Shown piece by piece: positions 58,535 through 64,000 of a stretch of 64,000 bases of DNA. Below the pieces are notes generated by a model that worked only from the letters and a program-made list of their open reading frames with translations, was not told where the DNA came from and made no database searches. Both the position numbers and the translations under genes were made by a program. The DNA is from Eledone cirrhosa (Eukaryota). Position 1 is the stretch's first letter. Every line of letters begins with the position of its first letter. The stretch spans positions 215,388,001 through 215,452,000 of the forward strand of contig OZ024743.1 of the NCBI GenBank assembly GCA_964016885.1, written 5' to 3'.

Positions 58535-61500
58535 ATGCCACCAAAGTCTCAACATAACAACAACTCACTGAACCAGGACATCTTAAATGAACTCAAAGAG
58601 ATTTCCTCAAAACGCTCAATTTTGACCAACAAAGTGGACCAAATACACATCTATAAAAAAGGACCCCACGAAGAAACAGAAAATACCTAAGAGACAAATA
58701 TTACTCCAGCATTAACTAAACTAATCGAAACCATTGAAACAGCAATGCTCCAAAAGCTGGAACAGCCATTAGAACCCAGTCTACGAGATGTCCTCTCAGT
58801 GAAAAGCACCCTAATCAATATATGGACTCAAAATCACACAGCCCGCAAATTCGCCTTTTGGAATCTCCTAAAAAATAATGGCAAGACAGACATATATGAA
58901 AAGTGGATAAAATCTACCCCAATCATCCTCCCCAAAAAACTCCAGATAAAACCCATCTCGTATGATCCACAAAACCAACAAAGACTTAGGGAAAAGATGG
59001 CGTTAGAAACATTTAAAATAGAAATAGAACTGTTACGAAGAAAACTCCAACGAAGAAAAATTCAAGTCACTCGACCAACAGATGGTAACAGATATTTCAA
59101 GGCACTCTGAAAGCCTACTCTATGGAAAAACCTTAAAACTTAAAACTTTGGAAAGAAAACTGTGAGGATGAAGAACTAACATCCCTCCAGCGATGGTAAA
59201 AAAGCGCCACCTGGTTCAACAACTACGAAATGGATTTCAAAAATGAACAACATACAGATAACCCATTTTTAAAACAAACTAAAACTCACACACCTAATGC
59301 ACAACAAATAACAAAAAAAGTAACAAAACATGCACAACAAATAACAAAAACAAGTAACAAAACGTCCAACATACCCCCAGCAAAACTATAACGATAATCC
59401 CAGAACCCATAGACAAAACTATAACCCTACTAACAAAAACCGAAGATCCTCCAACACAAGTCAGGACTCGATCCGCAGATCACAACCCACGCAAAACCTA
59501 TTCCAAAATCGTAGACCCCTGCCCACACAGAGCCTATTCCAAAATCGTAGATCCCAACCCACACAAAGGAACAAATTCTACAACCCGGAATATCAATAAA
59601 CCGAGCCTTAATACCTCCGAAACTTCTATACAAGACCACACAACAACAAGGGAAATGCCCTTAGATATAATAATACCATTGAAAAAACATTCCAGAAAAA
59701 TCATTTTTAGACCAAGGCTACAGGACCCACGAAACCCGGTGGCACAAACCGATTTTGAAAAACCAAAAATAATCAACCTTTCAAATACAAACCTCTCAGC
59801 ACAACAAGTAAAAATTCTATCCAAAGGACTGAAATTCACACCAACACCACAATACTTTAACCTCAATGAGATAAATGACGATATCTCACACTTCTGTAGA
59901 AAATTACGTCTCACAGAGGAATTCTTTGATAAGGAGAATAACGACCAATAAATTGTACGGAATAAAAACAGCTACAACCCAACAAAAGGTACAAACAGAG
60001 TTCTGGACACATTTTCTGACCACATAGCCACTTTCCCATACAATGAACTACCGCAACCTAAACCCAAACCCAACACGAGTCGAAAGGAATGGGAGATTAT
60101 CCATGAACTAAAAAAACAATACGGACATTATAACTAAGGAAGAGGACAAGGGAAGTACTGTTGTCATTATGGATGCTGAAAAATATAAAATGCTATGCTC
60201 TCTCTCTTACAAAATACTAATTACTATGCAAGAGTAAACAACTACCAGCAATCAAAAACAATGATCAGATTAAACACGCTGATTTGTCGATACCAGGAAG
60301 ACTTAACTAAAAAGGAACGCGATTATTTAACACATTTTGAATACAAAACCAGCAACCTTTACGGACTTCCGAAGATCCACAAGTGTAAAATAATTAACGA
60401 TGCCTGTAAACAATCTGTCTCAACCTGCGTGAACACACAATACCCCACATACCTTAAATTAAGACCAATTGTAGCAGGCCCACAATGTGAAACACACAGA
60501 CTGAGCAACTTTATAGACATACTACTAAAACCAATTCTCAAACACATACCAAGCATTGTAAGAGATGATCTGGACCTCTTAAACCACCTCCCCAAACATG
60601 TCAACAACGATACTATTATTGTGTCTTTCGATGTAGTGAATCTCTACACAACGATCCCACACCAATACGGACTACACATAATAGGATTCTGGCTAGAGAA
60701 ATATCCCAATGAGATATCTGACAGAATAGAAAAAAAAGCTTCACTTCCGAGGGATTAAAATTTATCTTACAGAACAACTTTTTTTATTTCGATGGCAGTA
60801 CTTACAAGCAAATATCTGAGACTGCGATGGGTACAAAAGCCGCTCCGACTTATGCCAACTTAGTCATGGCATACTTAGAAGTCCAGATTTATGAACAGTC
60901 CAAATCAAAATACGGATTGAAATTCCACAAATATTTATCAGAGAATTGGAAACGCTACTTGGATGATTGTCTCATTCTTTGGCCCCACACATTCGACCAA
61001 CTGAATGCTTTCACAAATTAAATAAACGGCATCAATTACCACATCCAATTTACAATGGAATACAGCCATTTCTGGAAATCTTAATCTTAAAAAAAGACAC
61101 AAATATTGAAACTGGCATACACTACACACCAACAGATTCCAAACAATACATGCTATTCACCTCCAACCATCCAAAGCACACGAAGACGAACATTCCTTTT
61201 AACCTAGCAAGAAGAATTTGCACAATTGTCTCCAATTATGAAACGCGAAATAAAAGACTTCAAGAATTAAAGGAAATTCTCTCGAAAGACAGTACCCACC
61301 ATTACTAATAAATAATGGAATAGAAAGTAATAGGCATTGATGAATTACGAAAACAGAAACAAATTCAATGTACGTCCAATATTCTATCATATATCTCAAT
61401 ACACAGCCCAAGAAATGCGGAAGCTTACAACACTATTCACAAGAACATCCCACTACTGAGACAAGATCCAAGAATGAAAAATAGCCTTTGAAACACACAA

Positions 61501-61990
61501 AATAATCAAAAGCAAAAGACAACCGAAATCACTGAAAACATTACACACCAATGCCAAATTACCTGCGACAAACCCACAACCAACTGTCAAACAATGTGGT
61601 TGCTCTAATTGTGTAACCTTCACTTACCTCATTGAAGGCAACACGTATACATTTGAATCAGGAAAATATTTTGCTGGAAAAATTCACTTCACTTGCTCAT
61701 CAAAAAATCTATGTTATGCCATTGAATGTAAAGGATGCAATGAAGATTATATAGGACAAACTAAACTCACACTCAGAAATAGAATGACAGTTCATCGCCA
61801 ACAAATACGAGATCCAACCACGAGACAGATACCACTAAGCGCACATCTAGACATTTGCGCAAGTAATAAGACACCCACATTCCAAGTCTTCCCAATTTAC
61901 CTTTGCGCTGACAATACAACAGAACAAATACGAATAAATAAGGAATATATGTTTATTCAAAAATATAGACCAGCATTAAATATGGTTTAA
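58535..61990 (+). pseudogene. Neptune RT-GIY-YIG ORF with multiple frameshifts and stops
   Basis: IINLS…LSKGLKFTPTP, YGLPKIHK, LRPIVAG, SFDVVNLY, MGTKAAPTYAN, RYLDDC, YIGQT. Confidence 0.9.
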
Positions 61991-62634
61991 TATACATTAT
62001 GTCAACACCAGAACATTCTAACCATCCAAACAGACACACCCACACATAACACCTTCTATTTTAGAAAATAAAAACCCGAACTAAATGAACCTTAACATAC
62101 GTTTGCGCTGACAATACAACAGAACAAATACGAATAAGTAAGGACAATATGTTCATTCAAAAATATTCCTAATGACGGAATCATTTTCCTAAACACACAC
62201 ACACACACACACACAAAATATATATTCTCTTCATCTGAACATGCTAACCATACTCCCACACACACATAACACCCCACACACAAACAACTCCCTCCCCCAT
62301 TTCTGCTAATAGAATCATTTTCCTACACACACACACACAATATATATATATTCTCTCCATCTTAACATACTCCCACACACACACACATAACACCCATATA
62401 CACAGACGCACAACTCCCTCCCCCATTTCTACCAATAGAATCATCTTCCTATACACGCATACACACACACACACACACATACAATTAAACATACATATGT
62501 CTACTTCCTTTATTTCAATAGAAAATCGGAACTCTGACACCCCAGCGAACTAGCCATATTCACTGAACCAGAACAATTCTCCCATCCCATTTCTCTTGAC
62601 CATTAACTTTTGCTTGTCATAATATTCTCTAAAT

Positions 62635-63220
62635 GGCTACAAAAGTAATTCCCAAATACGGGCGCGGAACTTGTTCACGTGACAGTCATGATTTCATTTA
62701 TAACCAATCAAATTGCATTTTTAAAAAAAAAGCCTTCGGGAGCCACTTTTTTATTGTCATAAAATTCTGTAAAAGGCTACAAAATAAATTCCCAAATACG
62801 GGCGCGAAATTTTAATGAACTTTTTCACGTGACTGTGGTAATTTCATTTATAACCAATCACATTACATTTTAAAAAAAAAGCCTTCGTGAGCCACTTTTT
62901 TTATTTTTATAAAATTCTGTAAAAGGCTACAAAATAAATTCTCAAATACGGACACGAAATTTTAATGAACTTGTTCACGCGACAGCCATAATTTCATTTA
63001 TAACCAATAAAATTACATTTAAATAAAAAAAAAGCCTTCGTGAGCCCCTTTTTATAAGTAAAAAGTAATTCAAATTCTCATATACGAAAAAACAACATGA
63101 GCCCCCCCCCCCCCCCCTTGTTTGAAGAACTTTGTAACACGAACTGGCGCGAAATTTATTATACTTATTGAACAACCAATTAAATTACTTCTGTAAAAAC
63201 CTGGCGTTTCGAGCCACTTT
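62635..63220 (+). repeat. 3-4 x ~145-bp tandem repeat with GGCGCGAAA, CACGTGAC, CCAAT and GAGCCACTTT motifs
   Basis: ggctacaaaa at 62635, 62776 and 62925. Confidence 0.8.
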
Positions 63221-63293
63221 TATCCATATTAAACAAGTAACATTCAAAGACCAACCAGATGTGAGAAAAACCACAGACCCTCCATCTCAACGC

Positions 63294-63332
63294 TACTTTT
63301 GAAAAGCAGAAAAACTGCGAAACCGTTAAAGG
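63294..63332 (+). ncRNA. minimal HHR variant with U3-A8 core (UUGAAAA)
   Basis: ctt-TTGAAAA-gcag aaaaa ctgc-GAAAC-c-GTT-aaag, followed by AATAAA. Confidence 0.7.
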
Positions 63333-63597
63333 AACCAAATAAACATATATATTTTTTTAAAAATAAGACTCCAGTTGCATTGTCGATTTCATCTTTTTTT
63401 CCTTATACTTTCGCTCGTGTCGGACACCTCGGTTATTCTTCATTTTGTAAAAAAACCTCACTTTCTAATATATATATATCTATCTATATATATAATATAT
63501 ATTATACATCTATCTATATATATATATATATAATATATATTATATATCTATCTACCTATATATATATAATATATATTATATATCTATCTATCTATAA

Positions 63598-64000
63598 GAA
63601 CAACAAACCAACCTGCAAGCACATTCCCAAACAACCTCACTCCACCTAAAACCACTGCAAAAACACCCACAAACACAACAGCTCCCCAAAACATACCCCT
63701 TCCAAATAACACAGACACCACAACGTACGAGACCCCCACATCATCACCAAGTGACGATGAGGGAGAGCCTCTCCGTTTGAAAAGAAATAAGAAAATACAC
63801 CACAAGTACAACAAAAACAACAAACATCACTACAAACATACAACCAACCACCAACACAAACAACTCAAACATTACAAACAATAAACCCCCCGTCCCGAAA
63901 ACAAAACCACGACATCACTCCAAACACAAACACCTACAACAAAACCAAAGCTCCCACAAGAACAAAAGACAAAAACCACTGCAACACAACAAGAACATTA
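63598..64000 (+). other. A/C-rich insert after (TA)n, probably another retroelement cut by the window edge
   Basis: Composition resembles the N-terminal region of 58535-59700. No diagnostic motif. Confidence 0.3.

Larger units (their letters stand above)
58459..63470 (+). mobile_element. full-length decayed Neptune-like PLE with ~50-bp terminal direct repeat
   Basis: ggacac(t/c)tcggttatt..cctcactttctaata at 58461-58509 and 63422-63470. TA flanks. Confidence 0.9.

Noticed and set aside
62635-63220. CRISPR-like repeat array
   Set aside because: Whole-unit tandem repeats without unique spacers, in a eukaryotic retroelement.

Overview
This is an AT-rich eukaryotic intergenic or intronic window. 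It is inferred to come from a coleoid cephalopod (octopus-like), based on its tRNA-SINE families and extreme (TA)n load. Almost all ORFs in the track are microsatellite artefacts. The real coding content is retroelements: a nearly intact Naiad-like Penelope-like element (PLE) with a partial tandem pLTR, a second Naiad-like fragment, four Neptune-like PLEs, and CR1, RTE and R4/Dong-like LINE remnants. Non-autonomous RTE derivatives and tRNA-SINEs are also present. The dominant unexplained structure is a dense population of (TA)n-embedded retroelements carrying about 25 type I hammerhead ribozyme (HHR) motifs, intact or degenerate, from more than 10 families. Three of these families are non-coding monomers of about 474, 493 and 523 nt (retrozyme-like), each in a 1.3-1.6-mer tandem plus an inverted 3' tail. 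Insertions are recurrently 'tails-out' inverted pairs in which one arm has the full 3' tail and the other stops at a reproducible TA-like site. One pair is a chimera of an autonomous Neptune and a non-coding HHR monomer. Other observations are non-canonical HHR cores (U3-A8 covariant, U4A), a shared TTGAGTRCT tail motif and two phase-compatible candidate host exons. All coordinates were counted by hand (a few nt error possible), and all folds and alignments were done by eye.
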